Shown: positions 1-8,525, numbered from the stretch's first letter. The stretch: 13,587 nt of DNA from Methanobacterium sp. (GCA_003166335.1 PMWA01000030.1:1-13587); one strand, 5' to 3'. Numbers and translations are program-made. The notes: generated by a model from the sequence alone, not told the origin.

Positions 1-192
1 AAACCAAAATATGGAATCAGTTATATAAAAAATTTGGGAGAATACGTTTTTATTACCAAAATCAAAAATTTCCTTCATTCATGCTAGCTTACACATTTAT
101 GATTTTTCTCAAACAATCTCTCTGAAAACACAGTTCCTTAACCAGTTCTTTTTTTTATGGCTAGATTTATAAAAAAAAATATAAGCTCTGGG

Positions 193-243
193 TTATATAA
201 ACTATATTTAACTTAAAAGGGAGAAGCTCTGAAGAAGAGCTTC
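193..243 (+). promoter_or_regulatory. Putative TATA box and 5'-leader hairpin of the PRC-barrel gene
   Basis: TTATATAA at 193-200. A perfect 8-bp inverted repeat GAAGCTCT (223-230) / AGAGCTTC (236-243) with a 5-nt loop begins about 23 nt downstream. Confidence 0.45.
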
Positions 244-295
244 AAAAAAAATTAATTTAAAAATATACAAAATAAAATGTTTGGGGGTAAAAAAA

Positions 296-802
296 TTGAA
301 GGCTAGTGAGTTTATCGGAATGAGGGTTTTAGATAGTGAAGCCAATGAAGTAGGTAAAGTAGCAGAATTGGCTATAAGGTTGAAAAATTGTTTAGTAGAA
401 AATATTTTCATCTCCACCGGCGGAACTTTAAATAAAAAATATTTCAGCATATTTGAAGAAGATATAGCTGAAATAGGTGATTTTATACAATTAAATCTTA
501 GCAAAATTGGTGTGGAGGGAAAAGTACATTTAAATAAACTTGAGGATTTTACATCAAAAGGATCTCTCTTCAAAAATATTGTAGGAAAGATTGTACTTGC
601 TCAAAAAGGTATGGAAGTAGGTAAAATTGCAGACATGTACATTGATCCTAAAGGCTGCCTAATACATAACGTTGTAGTTTCAACTGGAGGAACTTTTGGC
701 AGAAAATATTTAATGATCTCCGATCAAGACATCCAAGACATTGGAGACTACATTATCCTAAATTTAACAAAAGATGAAGTAAAAGATAAAATTCAAAAAT
801 AA
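296..802 (+). CDS. Tandem (two-domain) PRC-barrel protein
   Basis: Two ~70-aa internal repeats: IGMRVLDSEANEVGKVAEL...STGGTLNKKY...DIAEIGDFIQLNL and VGKIVLAQKGMEVGKIADM...STGGTFGRKY...DIQDIGDYIILNL. Both match the PRC-barrel pattern (G..V....G..VG.V.D ... IGD.I.L). The start is moved from TTG 281 to in-frame TTG 296 because GGGGGT at 283-288 is an SD-like motif 7 nt upstream. Confidence 0.88.
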   Translation: MKASEFIGMRVLDSEANEVGKVAELAIRLKNCLVENIFISTGGTLNKKYFSIFEEDIAEIGDFIQLNLSKIGVEGKVHLNKLEDFTSKGSLFKNIVGKIVLAQKGMEVGKIADMYIDPKGCLIHNVVVSTGGTFGRKYLMISDQDIQDIGDYIILNLTKDEVKDKIQK

Positions 803-881
803 AAAAAAATACATTTCAGCATTTTAGAACAAATTTTTGTTAGTAGAAATATTATTAAAAATAGTTCAAAGAGTTATTTTT

Positions 882-1703
882 TTATTCATTTTTTTCTTTT
901 TCATCTAATTTTTTCTCTAGTTTATCTACTTGAGTTATAAGTTCATCAATTTTCCCTTCGTAATTTACAACTCTATTTTCAACTTTCTCCGCCGCTTTAT
1001 GACTTTCATTTCTAAAGAAATCTAAAAATGAATAAGCCAGTGTTGCTGTAACTAAACTAACATAACCCATACCTGTTAAAATTAGAATTACTCCTATTAT
1101 TCTACCTATTAATGTAACTGGAACAATGTCTCCATAACCTACAGTGGTCATTGAAATAATAGCATACCACATTGCAGATTCATAGTTAGGAACTTCGGGA
1201 TTAACACTTCGCTCCACGATAAAGAATAAATATGAACCAATAATAAGAACTAACAATAGTACTACTGTAGCATAATCTAATTTTGTTTTAGACGGATATT
1301 TACGAACACTTCTTCCAGTTATTAAAAGTACTTTATAGAGTGCATAAATCCTAATAATCCCGATTAAACCTATAATAATAGTATAGCCAAATAATTGAAA
1401 AACATTGAACCAAATAAAATTTAAGGGAATTATAGACACAATATAAGCCCAATTATCTCGTAGAAAATGTATTTTATTCTCATTTACTTTTTGGTTTCTA
1501 ATTCTAAAAAATATTAAATCAAGTAATATTAATACTGCTATAAGAAGATCGAAATTGCTGATACTATCAATAGAATAGTTCTTTATACCTACTGTAAATC
1601 CTACAATCATTAAACTAAGGAGTAATATGTCAATTATTATAAAAACAGATAATAATGCTTCTAAGATCACTTGATAATTTCGCTTCATAAGGTATCTAAC
1701 CAC
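882..1703 (-). CDS. Potassium channel / ion transporter (6TM-like, Ion_trans_2 pore)
   Basis: Pore helix and selectivity filter YESAMWYAIISMTTVGYGDIVP (TVGYGD at 1145-1128) flanked by S5/S6-like TM helices, four N-terminal hydrophobic segments, and a C-terminal coiled-coil-like tail (KIDELITQVDKLEKKLDEK). GTG start. Confidence 0.93.
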   Translation of the reverse strand: MVRYLMKRNYQVILEALLSVFIIIDILLLSLMIVGFTVGIKNYSIDSISNFDLLIAVLILLDLIFFRIRNQKVNENKIHFLRDNWAYIVSIIPLNFIWFNVFQLFGYTIIIGLIGIIRIYALYKVLLITGRSVRKYPSKTKLDYATVVLLLVLIIGSYLFFIVERSVNPEVPNYESAMWYAIISMTTVGYGDIVPVTLIGRIIGVILILTGMGYVSLVTATLAYSFLDFFRNESHKAAEKVENRVVNYEGKIDELITQVDKLEKKLDEKEKNE

Positions 1704-1885
1704 ATTTTTATTTGTAAATCTTTAGACTGTTTTTTTAATTTGTACGATATTTATTATACCCATAGAACCATCTATATAGACCGGAAGAAATGAAATACAG
1801 CTCAATATTAAATAATTTATAAAAAACGCATTAAAAAGTTTCCATTAAAAAAAGGACAGAAAAAATGTAAAAAATTGGTTTTTTG

Positions 1886-3241
1886 TTAAGATGTCATTGA
1901 TACATAATTCGGTAGTCGATTATTGGTATCGTAGAAGTTCATGATTTTACTGAATAGGTAAACTACAGAGGTATAGCTCATTTTTCCAAGAGATGTGTTT
2001 ACATAATTCGGTGTCCGGCTATTGGTAGTGATAAAAGAAATTAAAGTCTGAGCAATGGATAAATATTCTGATTTCAGTATTTTACCACTTGTAAAGTTTC
2101 CGGATGGAGCTGGAGAGGAATTAACGTTACTAATAGTAATTGAAGTAGTAACACCACTATTAACCTGTATTGTTGCCTTAGCTAACTGATATAAGAATTG
2201 TGGTACGGTGATCTGCTGGTTAGAGATAGTGACATAATTAGGTAACGTATTATTTTTATCAATGAATGTTTTTACAATAGAAGCAGCGAAAGCCACTTGC
2301 TTCACAGTCACAGTGGATATGGTTGATGTGGTGGTATTGGCTGCCCATAATATTAATTTTGCTACTATACCGGGATATTGTGGAGTTAATTCTGGGTGAG
2401 GTCCGACTAAAACAGATCTTCCTTTACCATAAGAATCACCCACTATAGCAGCGTAACCTTCGTAGCCTAGAATATTATCAGCGTAAGTGGCAAATGTAAC
2501 CACTTTACTACTGTTACCCGTTACGTACATTGCGGGTCCATTGTAGTGAGCCATGGTAATAATTCCACTTTCTTTAAATAATTGTTGTCCTGCAGATGTT
2601 ATTTGTACGGTTAAGAGTCCTTCCTGATCTGGATGTTCACAACTCACATCAGGAGCAACACCCCAAGCATAGTACAGGTCATTCACGTAATAAGAACCGG
2701 AATATGCTCCTGCGCAGATTCCTAGGTATCCTTTACCACTTGCTACAAAGTTTTTAATAGCAGTGCCGCTTATGCTGCTACTGCTCAAATAGTCTGCGCC
2801 GGAAGTACCGCCAGGCATAGCCAGTACATCGTAGGGTGCAAGAGTTGCAGAATTAATAACTGTTGACGTTGCATAAGTGAAATTGTAGCCAGGAACTAAA
2901 TTTTCAGCGTCAGCAATCTCTAAAGAAGTTTCTATTCCGGTAACACAATCAGCTATGGAATAAATTCCATCATAAATTAATACTTTAATGGTTTTGGTTG
3001 TACTATTAAAAGTTTCTGAATTACTAGTGGTGTTCTTAACTTCTGAATTACTATTAGTGTTTGTTCCTTCGGAATAACTAGTAGTGTTGATTGTAGATTT
3101 TACTTGATTAGAAGTAGTTGTATTATTAGTAAGATTAAAACTAGTATATGTGGTTTGATTTATCGTTGAATTATTAGTAGCAGAAACGAATCCGGTGTTT
3201 ATAGTCAGTGCCAATCCTAACATTAAAACCATAGTTAACAA
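1886..3241 (-). CDS. Secreted class I glutamine amidotransferase-like (BPL_N-type) domain protein with C-terminal pseudomurein-binding repeats
   Basis: Hydrophobic signal peptide ending FVSA, then a Thr/Asn/Ser-rich linker. GATase1-like motifs KVLIY, DVLAMPGG, GYLGICAGAY (nucleophile elbow), HYNGP and GPHPE. C-terminal repeats (FIDKNNTLPNYV, FITTNSRTPNYV, FYDTNNRLPNYV) are typical of pseudomurein-binding repeats. The true start may be upstream (see findings). Confidence 0.85.
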   Translation of the reverse strand: MLTMVLMLGLALTINTGFVSATNNSTINQTTYTSFNLTNNTTTSNQVKSTINTTSYSEGTNTNSNSEVKNTTSNSETFNSTTKTIKVLIYDGIYSIADCVTGIETSLEIADAENLVPGYNFTYATSTVINSATLAPYDVLAMPGGTSGADYLSSSSISGTAIKNFVASGKGYLGICAGAYSGSYYVNDLYYAWGVAPDVSCEHPDQEGLLTVQITSAGQQLFKESGIITMAHYNGPAMYVTGNSSKVVTFATYADNILGYEGYAAIVGDSYGKGRSVLVGPHPELTPQYPGIVAKLILWAANTTTSTISTVTVKQVAFAASIVKTFIDKNNTLPNYVTISNQQITVPQFLYQLAKATIQVNSGVTTSITISNVNSSPAPSGNFTSGKILKSEYLSIAQTLISFITTNSRTPNYVNTSLGKMSYTSVVYLFSKIMNFYDTNNRLPNYVSMTS

Positions 3242-3687
3242 GATTTTCTTTGTAATCTTAATTTTTTTTGGCCCCCATTACTGATTGAAATATAGTTTAT
3301 AGAATATTTTTAAACTGTATATTTCTTTAATTAACAATATTATATAAATGTTTTGATTCGAATTCTTTAAAAAGCATCCAAAATCCATTAAATAGTATTT
3401 TAAAAGCTCACAATATAATTCACTTTCACTATAAATTTAAATGAATTTTATCTACTAATTCTTTATTAAAAAAAAATCTATACTTAAATCCAATTCACGG
3501 TTAATATTTAAAAACTTTTAATATTTAAACCATTAATTACTCATAATTTATTAAAATACGAATCTATTTTAACTTCAACTATTATTATGAAATTATGAAA
3601 CATAATAATAAATTAGTTTTAATAATAATTTATTTTCTTTTAAATCTCAATAATTTTACTCTGCCTTACTAAATCTGTTTTTTTTAT

Positions 3688-3727
3688 AAAAATTTATTAA
3701 GATGAAATTCTAATATTATTAATGGTG
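3688..3727 (+). promoter_or_regulatory. Putative BRE/TATA promoter and SD of rubrerythrin
   Basis: A-run followed by TTTATTAA (3693-3700), and GGTG at 3724-3727, 7 nt before ATG 3735. The AT-rich context limits specificity. Confidence 0.4.
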
Positions 3728-3734
3728 TTAAAAT

Positions 3735-4322
3735 ATGAAAAAAACCTTAGATAATCTAACTAAAGCTTTTATAGGGGAAAGTCAAGCGAGAAATCGTTAC
3801 ACTTTTTATTCTAAACAAGCTAAAGTGGATGGATATCCACAAATAGCTAATATATTTTTGGAAACAGCTGAAAACGAAAAACAACATGCAAAATGGAACT
3901 TTAAAATGATCCAGGATGTCAAAAAAGAAATGGGCAAAGAAATGGATGAAATAAAAGTGGATGGAGCATTAGCCCCATTAACTCTTGGTAAAACTGCAGA
4001 TAACCTTAAAGCCGCCATTGCAGGAGAACATTATGAAAATACAGAGATGTATCCTGAATTTGCCAATACAGCTGAAGAAGAAGGCTTACAAGATATATCA
4101 GACAGACTTTGGGCTATAGCTCACGCTGAAAAACATCATGAAGAACGTTACACTAAACTCCTGCAGCAAGTGGAAGCAGGCACCATGTTCAAAAAAGACG
4201 AATTCGTGGAATGGACTTGTTTAAAATGTGGATACACTTACAAAGGGAAAGAACCACCCAAAAAATGTCCAGCTTGTGATCACGCCTGGATATATTTCCA
4301 AATACGTACTGAAGAATATTAA
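3735..4322 (+). CDS. rbr: Rubrerythrin
   Basis: KTLDNLTKAFIGESQARNRY N-terminus, diiron motifs ETAENEKQHA, GEHYENTEMY and AEKHHEERY, and a C-terminal rubredoxin-like domain WTCLKCGY...CPAC. Confidence 0.97.
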   Translation: MKKTLDNLTKAFIGESQARNRYTFYSKQAKVDGYPQIANIFLETAENEKQHAKWNFKMIQDVKKEMGKEMDEIKVDGALAPLTLGKTADNLKAAIAGEHYENTEMYPEFANTAEEEGLQDISDRLWAIAHAEKHHEERYTKLLQQVEAGTMFKKDEFVEWTCLKCGYTYKGKEPPKKCPACDHAWIYFQIRTEEY

Positions 4323-4699
4323 AGGGGAAGTAAAACTAAATCGAATTAAAAAAAAAATATTTAAATTTAGGATTTAGTTTAAATGCGAGAATTAAGTTCT
4401 TTCTTATTTTTTTTAAATCTTATAAAAAACCCTAATAATTTTTGTTTTTTAGACTTTAATTATTTTATGGATTTATATTTTTTTTGAGATAGTGATTTAT
4501 CCCGGTTTTTTTTAGAAGTTTTTTACAATGTATTTAACTTATTAAATAACGCTTTAGATTATTTATAAAAAAAGAAAACAAATAATATTTAAAAAAAAAA
4601 TAATAGATTTGTTTATATATTTATGGAATAGATAGTTTATAATTGATGAGGATAATGGAATTATATTAATTTGCTTTATAAAAGGGAATCATAGTGTTA

Positions 4700-5203
4700 A
4701 TGAAAAATAAACTTAACCAACTTATCGTAGTGTCTGTGGTAACCCTAGTGATAATTGTATCTGGATGTGTAACCACTGATGTAAGCAATATCAATGCTCA
4801 GGCCATCAACATAAATAATCATGTTAAAAATGGAGACCAATATTATAATGAGTCAGCTTCTAATACTAACCAACTCTTACTAGCACAGGCTTTAACAGAA
4901 GATAATAATGCTAGTAATGAGTATAATCAAGCTCAAACAGCAGCTCAGGCTGCTTATAATTCAGCACAAGATTCTAATGACGCAATCTTCGTAGAGTACT
5001 TACAAAATATTTTATATGAAGTACATGCTAAATTAAATGCCACTTCTGAACTTAATACAACCATAACTGATTTAGAAAATAATGATACTTCAGATGCGAA
5101 TGATCATTTAGCAGTAGCCAACAATTACATGAATAACGCGTTAACATACGAGAATATTAGTGAAACTATAGTAAATCAGAACCCCACTAAATTCCAGCAA
5201 TAA
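4700..5203 (+). CDS. Putative lipoprotein, alpha-helical hypothetical protein
   Basis: MKNK, a hydrophobic stretch and the lipobox IVSG|C, followed by an Asn/Ala/Gln-rich amphipathic helical body. Start is GTG 4694 or ATG 4700, with GGGA at 4684-4687. Confidence 0.75.
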   Translation: MKNKLNQLIVVSVVTLVIIVSGCVTTDVSNINAQAININNHVKNGDQYYNESASNTNQLLLAQALTEDNNASNEYNQAQTAAQAAYNSAQDSNDAIFVEYLQNILYEVHAKLNATSELNTTITDLENNDTSDANDHLAVANNYMNNALTYENISETIVNQNPTKFQQ

Positions 5204-5425
5204 GAATAGTATTCCAATTTTACTATTTAATGATTAGACTTAAACATTATTTTTAAAGATAAAAAATTAAAATTTTTTGATTGAAATATTCATAATTAAT
5301 ATTATATAAAATATTTTTTTAATTAAAAAAAATATTATTTAATTTATAAATGTAAAAAGATAAAAAACCTTAAGGAATTAATATTTAAAAATTCTAATTT
5401 TTTTATTATTTGAGGTTATATAGAA

Positions 5426-7600
5426 ATGAAAAAGACATGTATTGAGTGTAAAGGTAAAGGTTACCATGTTTTAAGCTACAAGATTTGTGAAAAGTGTCAT
5501 GGAACCGGTGTTAAAAGCGAATTAAACTTAAAAAATCACGTTAAAAATATATCAAATCAAGCCTTAAAACATTTTGAATTAGATGAAGAACAAGAAGTAC
5601 CTTGCAGCATATGCAATGGAAGAGGGGAAATTGAAGTGAAAGAAACATGCAACGAATGCCAGGGACAGGGCGAACTAAATCAATGTAAAAAATGTGGTAA
5701 AACAATAAAAACCGGTGATTACTGCCCTGAATGCCAGGAAAAACCTAAAGTTTATATTTTACATTCTAATTGCGATGTAGAAGACCTCGAATTAGGCGAA
5801 AATTATAGAGGTAAAATCAGTCGAGTAGAAAACTATGGGGTCTTCGTAAGTCTAAGTAAAAGCCTCTTTGGATTACTCCGCATGAAATCACCTCCCTACC
5901 AAAAGGGAGATGAAATCATCGTAAAAATAATAGACATTAAACAAAGGAAAGGAGAAGTAGATCTTACACATTCAAATATAAAAGAATGCTACGAATTAGT
6001 TAAACTTAAAAAGAATATACCAAGGACCAGGATTGGTGATATAACTAAAAAAACTATCGGAAAAAATGTTAGTTTAATAGGAGAGTTAATTCAAATCCAG
6101 CAAACCTCCGGGCCTACTATATTTACCGTCACTGATGAAACAGACACCACTTGGGCTGCCGCTTTCGACGAACCCGGTGTAAGAGTATACCCCCACTTAG
6201 ATATAGGAAACATTGTAGAAGTAACTGGTGAAGTAAACCTACACGGTGGCAAAATTCAAATTGAATCAGAAGCCATAGAAAGACTCCATGGACCTGAATC
6301 ATTAGAAGCTAGGAAACGTATAGATGAAGCCATAGATAAGAAAGCAGAACCCGAAAACACGGAACTATTAATAGAAAGTGAAGTATTAAATGATCTACGT
6401 GGTAGAATGACAGCTTCAGCTAAGGCTATAAGAAGAGCTGTATTAGATGGTAGATCCATTCTAGTAAGACATCATGCTGATGCTGATGGTATCTGTGCGG
6501 GTGTAGCTATTGAGAAAGCTGTAGTCCCCTTATTAAAGGAAATTAATAATAGTAATGATGCGGAATGGCATTTCTTTAAAAGAGCACCCAGTAAAGCGCC
6601 ATTCTATGAATTAGAGGATGTAGTAAAAGATTTATCCTTCGCCTTAGAGGATATGGAAAGACACGGTCAAAAATTACCATTATTAGTTCTTATGGATAAT
6701 GGATCAACCGAAGAAGATATTCTAGCGTTGATGAAAGTTAAAATATATAACATAGAAGTTGTAGTGGTGGATCATCACTACCCTGGCGAAGTTGATGATG
6801 GTAGGGTAGCGGTTGATGATTATGTAGATGTTCATGTAAATCCTTACTTAGTGGGAGGAGATTCATCAATAACAACCGGAGCCTTAGCAGTGGAGATAGC
6901 TAAAATGATCAATCCTGAAGTACGGGATAAACTTTTACATCTACCCGGTATAGCTGCAGTAGGAGATCACGCCCGTTCAAAAGAAGCAGAGAAATATATT
7001 GAAATAGCAGCCGATAAAGGTTATGATAGGGATGATTTAGAGAAGATAGCTACCACTGTAGATTTTGAAGCCTTTTACTTAAGGTTCATGAATGGCCGTG
7101 GAATTATTGACACTATTCTAGGTTTAAGTAATAGAGAGAAACATCAAAAACTAGTGGATGCCTTATATAATGAATCTCAAAGAAGAGTTGATTGGCAACT
7201 TAAAGCTGCTCTTCCCAACCTCAAAACTCAGAAGCTACATAATAATATTGTATTTAATGTTTTAGATGTGGAGAAATATGCTCATAAATTCACATTCCCT
7301 GCTCCAGGTAAAACTTGTGGTTACGTACATGATCATATGGTTCAAAAGTATGGAGAGGAGCAACCCATTGTTACATTAGCTTACGGCCCTGATTTTGCAG
7401 TTATTAGAGCCACTGATGCAGTTAATGAAATATTCAGTTTTAATTTAAATAATATTATTTCGAAGTTGATGGTTCAAATTCCTGAAGCTGGAATTGATGG
7501 CGGCGGTCATGAATGTGCCGGTTCCCTCAAGTTCGTGGAAGGTTTATCACGGGAAGTGCTCAGCGCTTTTGCTAGTGAAGTAGCATCTTTAAAGAGTTAA
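5426..7600 (+). CDS. Archaea-specific RecJ-like DHH exonuclease with DnaJ-type Zn finger, S1 and OB domains (COG1107; HAN/RecJ3-like)
   Basis: Four CxxCxGxG repeats (CIECKGKG, CEKCHGTG, CSICNGRG, CNECQGQG), an extra CKKC/CPEC ribbon, S1 domain (YRGKISRVENYGVFVSL), OB fold (QIQQTSGPTIF), DHH motifs HHADADG, LMDNG and VDHH, and DHHA1 GGGHECAG. SD GAGGT at 5412-5416. Confidence 0.93.
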   Translation: MKKTCIECKGKGYHVLSYKICEKCHGTGVKSELNLKNHVKNISNQALKHFELDEEQEVPCSICNGRGEIEVKETCNECQGQGELNQCKKCGKTIKTGDYCPECQEKPKVYILHSNCDVEDLELGENYRGKISRVENYGVFVSLSKSLFGLLRMKSPPYQKGDEIIVKIIDIKQRKGEVDLTHSNIKECYELVKLKKNIPRTRIGDITKKTIGKNVSLIGELIQIQQTSGPTIFTVTDETDTTWAAAFDEPGVRVYPHLDIGNIVEVTGEVNLHGGKIQIESEAIERLHGPESLEARKRIDEAIDKKAEPENTELLIESEVLNDLRGRMTASAKAIRRAVLDGRSILVRHHADADGICAGVAIEKAVVPLLKEINNSNDAEWHFFKRAPSKAPFYELEDVVKDLSFALEDMERHGQKLPLLVLMDNGSTEEDILALMKVKIYNIEVVVVDHHYPGEVDDGRVAVDDYVDVHVNPYLVGGDSSITTGALAVEIAKMINPEVRDKLLHLPGIAAVGDHARSKEAEKYIEIAADKGYDRDDLEKIATTVDFEAFYLRFMNGRGIIDTILGLSNREKHQKLVDALYNESQRRVDWQLKAALPNLKTQKLHNNIVFNVLDVEKYAHKFTFPAPGKTCGYVHDHMVQKYGEEQPIVTLAYGPDFAVIRATDAVNEIFSFNLNNIISKLMVQIPEAGIDGGGHECAGSLKFVEGLSREVLSAFASEVASLKS

Positions 7601-7697
7601 AAAAAAATGATATATAGGAGAATAGATGAATAAAAAAATATTATTATTTATTTGTTTTTTTTAATAAATTATTTAAATGGGAGTAATCCTTTTTTTT

Positions 7698-8157
7698 ATG
7701 AAATCTTCAAATAGTATTAACATTAGAATCCTGCCGGATATTTGTGTTTTAATATCACATATATTCTCCCGGTTAATTAAATTAGGTTTCTTAAATGGAT
7801 TTGAAATAGTAATACCTGATTTTGTGGGGTATACTGTAGATGTACTCTGTGAAAATCGTTTAAAATCTGGATTTTATAGTGAATTAGATAAATTAAGAAT
7901 ACTAGAAAACGATAAAATAATCAGCATATTATACTGTGATTATGAAAAATCATTACCTGAGAGTCGTAAAGAGCTTATAGATTTAGAAGTATGAGTTTAT
8001 ATTAGAAATTGCTGTTATAACAAATTCTATTCTCTTAACTTCAGATAAAGGTTTGAAAGATGAAGTTAATTCAATTAAGCAACCCGTTATTTATATTCCA
8101 GCAAAATATCAGAAAGAGATTAAATTATTATCTAATGGACTTAAAAAACAAAAATGA
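7698..8157 (+). pseudogene. PIN-domain ribonuclease gene interrupted by a one-base frameshift
   Basis: The 5' frame gives IRILPDICVLI...EIVIPDFV...SELDKL, stopping at TGA 7992-7994. A shifted frame from 7993 to TGA 8155-8157 gives EFILEIAVITNSILLTSDKGLKDEVNSIKQPVIYIP, a PIN C-terminal half. Removing T7990 joins them as LE-D-EFILEIA (152 aa from ATG 7698). Confidence 0.8.
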
Positions 8158-8259
8158 AGTAAATTTAATTAATTAATGGATAAATTTTTATCTTTATTTC
8201 CAATTCATTTTATTTTACATTTTGTAATTATGTTTTAAACGCTAATTCTAATCTTTATT

Positions 8260-8487
8260 TTATATGGGCGGTCCTAGTTTTTCTGCAACTGCTTGCTGTC
8301 CACATGTTAATATGGGTAGTATAGATAGAACGTGATATCCGTAACCACTATTTCCCCCTGTTGAGGAGGAGTTCACAGTGGAGTTAGCGCTTGCAGTGGA
8401 CTTAGGAGGATAGGCGTAGTAATATCCTGCAATAACTATTACTATAATTATCACGACGATTAAAGCGTAAATCCAATTTCTTTGCAT
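8260..8487 (-). CDS. Small single-pass membrane or secreted protein (75 aa)
   Basis: MQRN followed by a strongly hydrophobic helix (WIYALIVVIIIVIVIAGYYY) and a Ser/Thr/Asn/Gly linker. Strong SD AGGAGATGA just upstream and a consensus promoter. GC content is higher than the flanks. Confidence 0.75.
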   Translation of the reverse strand: MQRNWIYALIVVIIIVIVIAGYYYAYPPKSTASANSTVNSSSTGGNSGYGYHVLSILPILTCGQQAVAEKLGPPI

Positions 8488-8525
8488 AGAATCATCTCCT
8501 AATTATATTATATTGTTTTTTAATG

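Noticed and set aside
1..87. Plus-strand frame open from the window edge (KPKYGISY...LHSC*), possibly the 3' end of an upstream gene
   Set aside because: Only 28 codons with no recognisable motif, so it cannot be supported without upstream sequence.
208..573. 121-aa minus-strand ORF
   Set aside because: Antisense shadow of the PRC-barrel gene with no motifs.
2330..2990. Biotin-protein ligase call from the BPL_N similarity
   Set aside because: No ligase catalytic domain is present, and the protein is exported with wall-binding repeats.
3281..3690. Long AT-rich divergent intergenic region with short repeats (e.g. ATTATGAA twice near 3584-3599); CRISPR or operator array considered
   Set aside because: No regularly spaced repeats, and short AT-rich matches are expected by chance at this composition.
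3806..4018. 70-aa minus-strand ORF
   Set aside because: Antisense shadow inside rbr.
5426..5735. DnaJ chaperone call from the CxxCxGxG repeats
   Set aside because: There is no J-domain or HPD motif. The Zn finger is the normal N-terminus of the COG1107 nuclease.
6256..6459. 67-aa minus-strand ORF
   Set aside because: Antisense shadow inside the RecJ-like gene.
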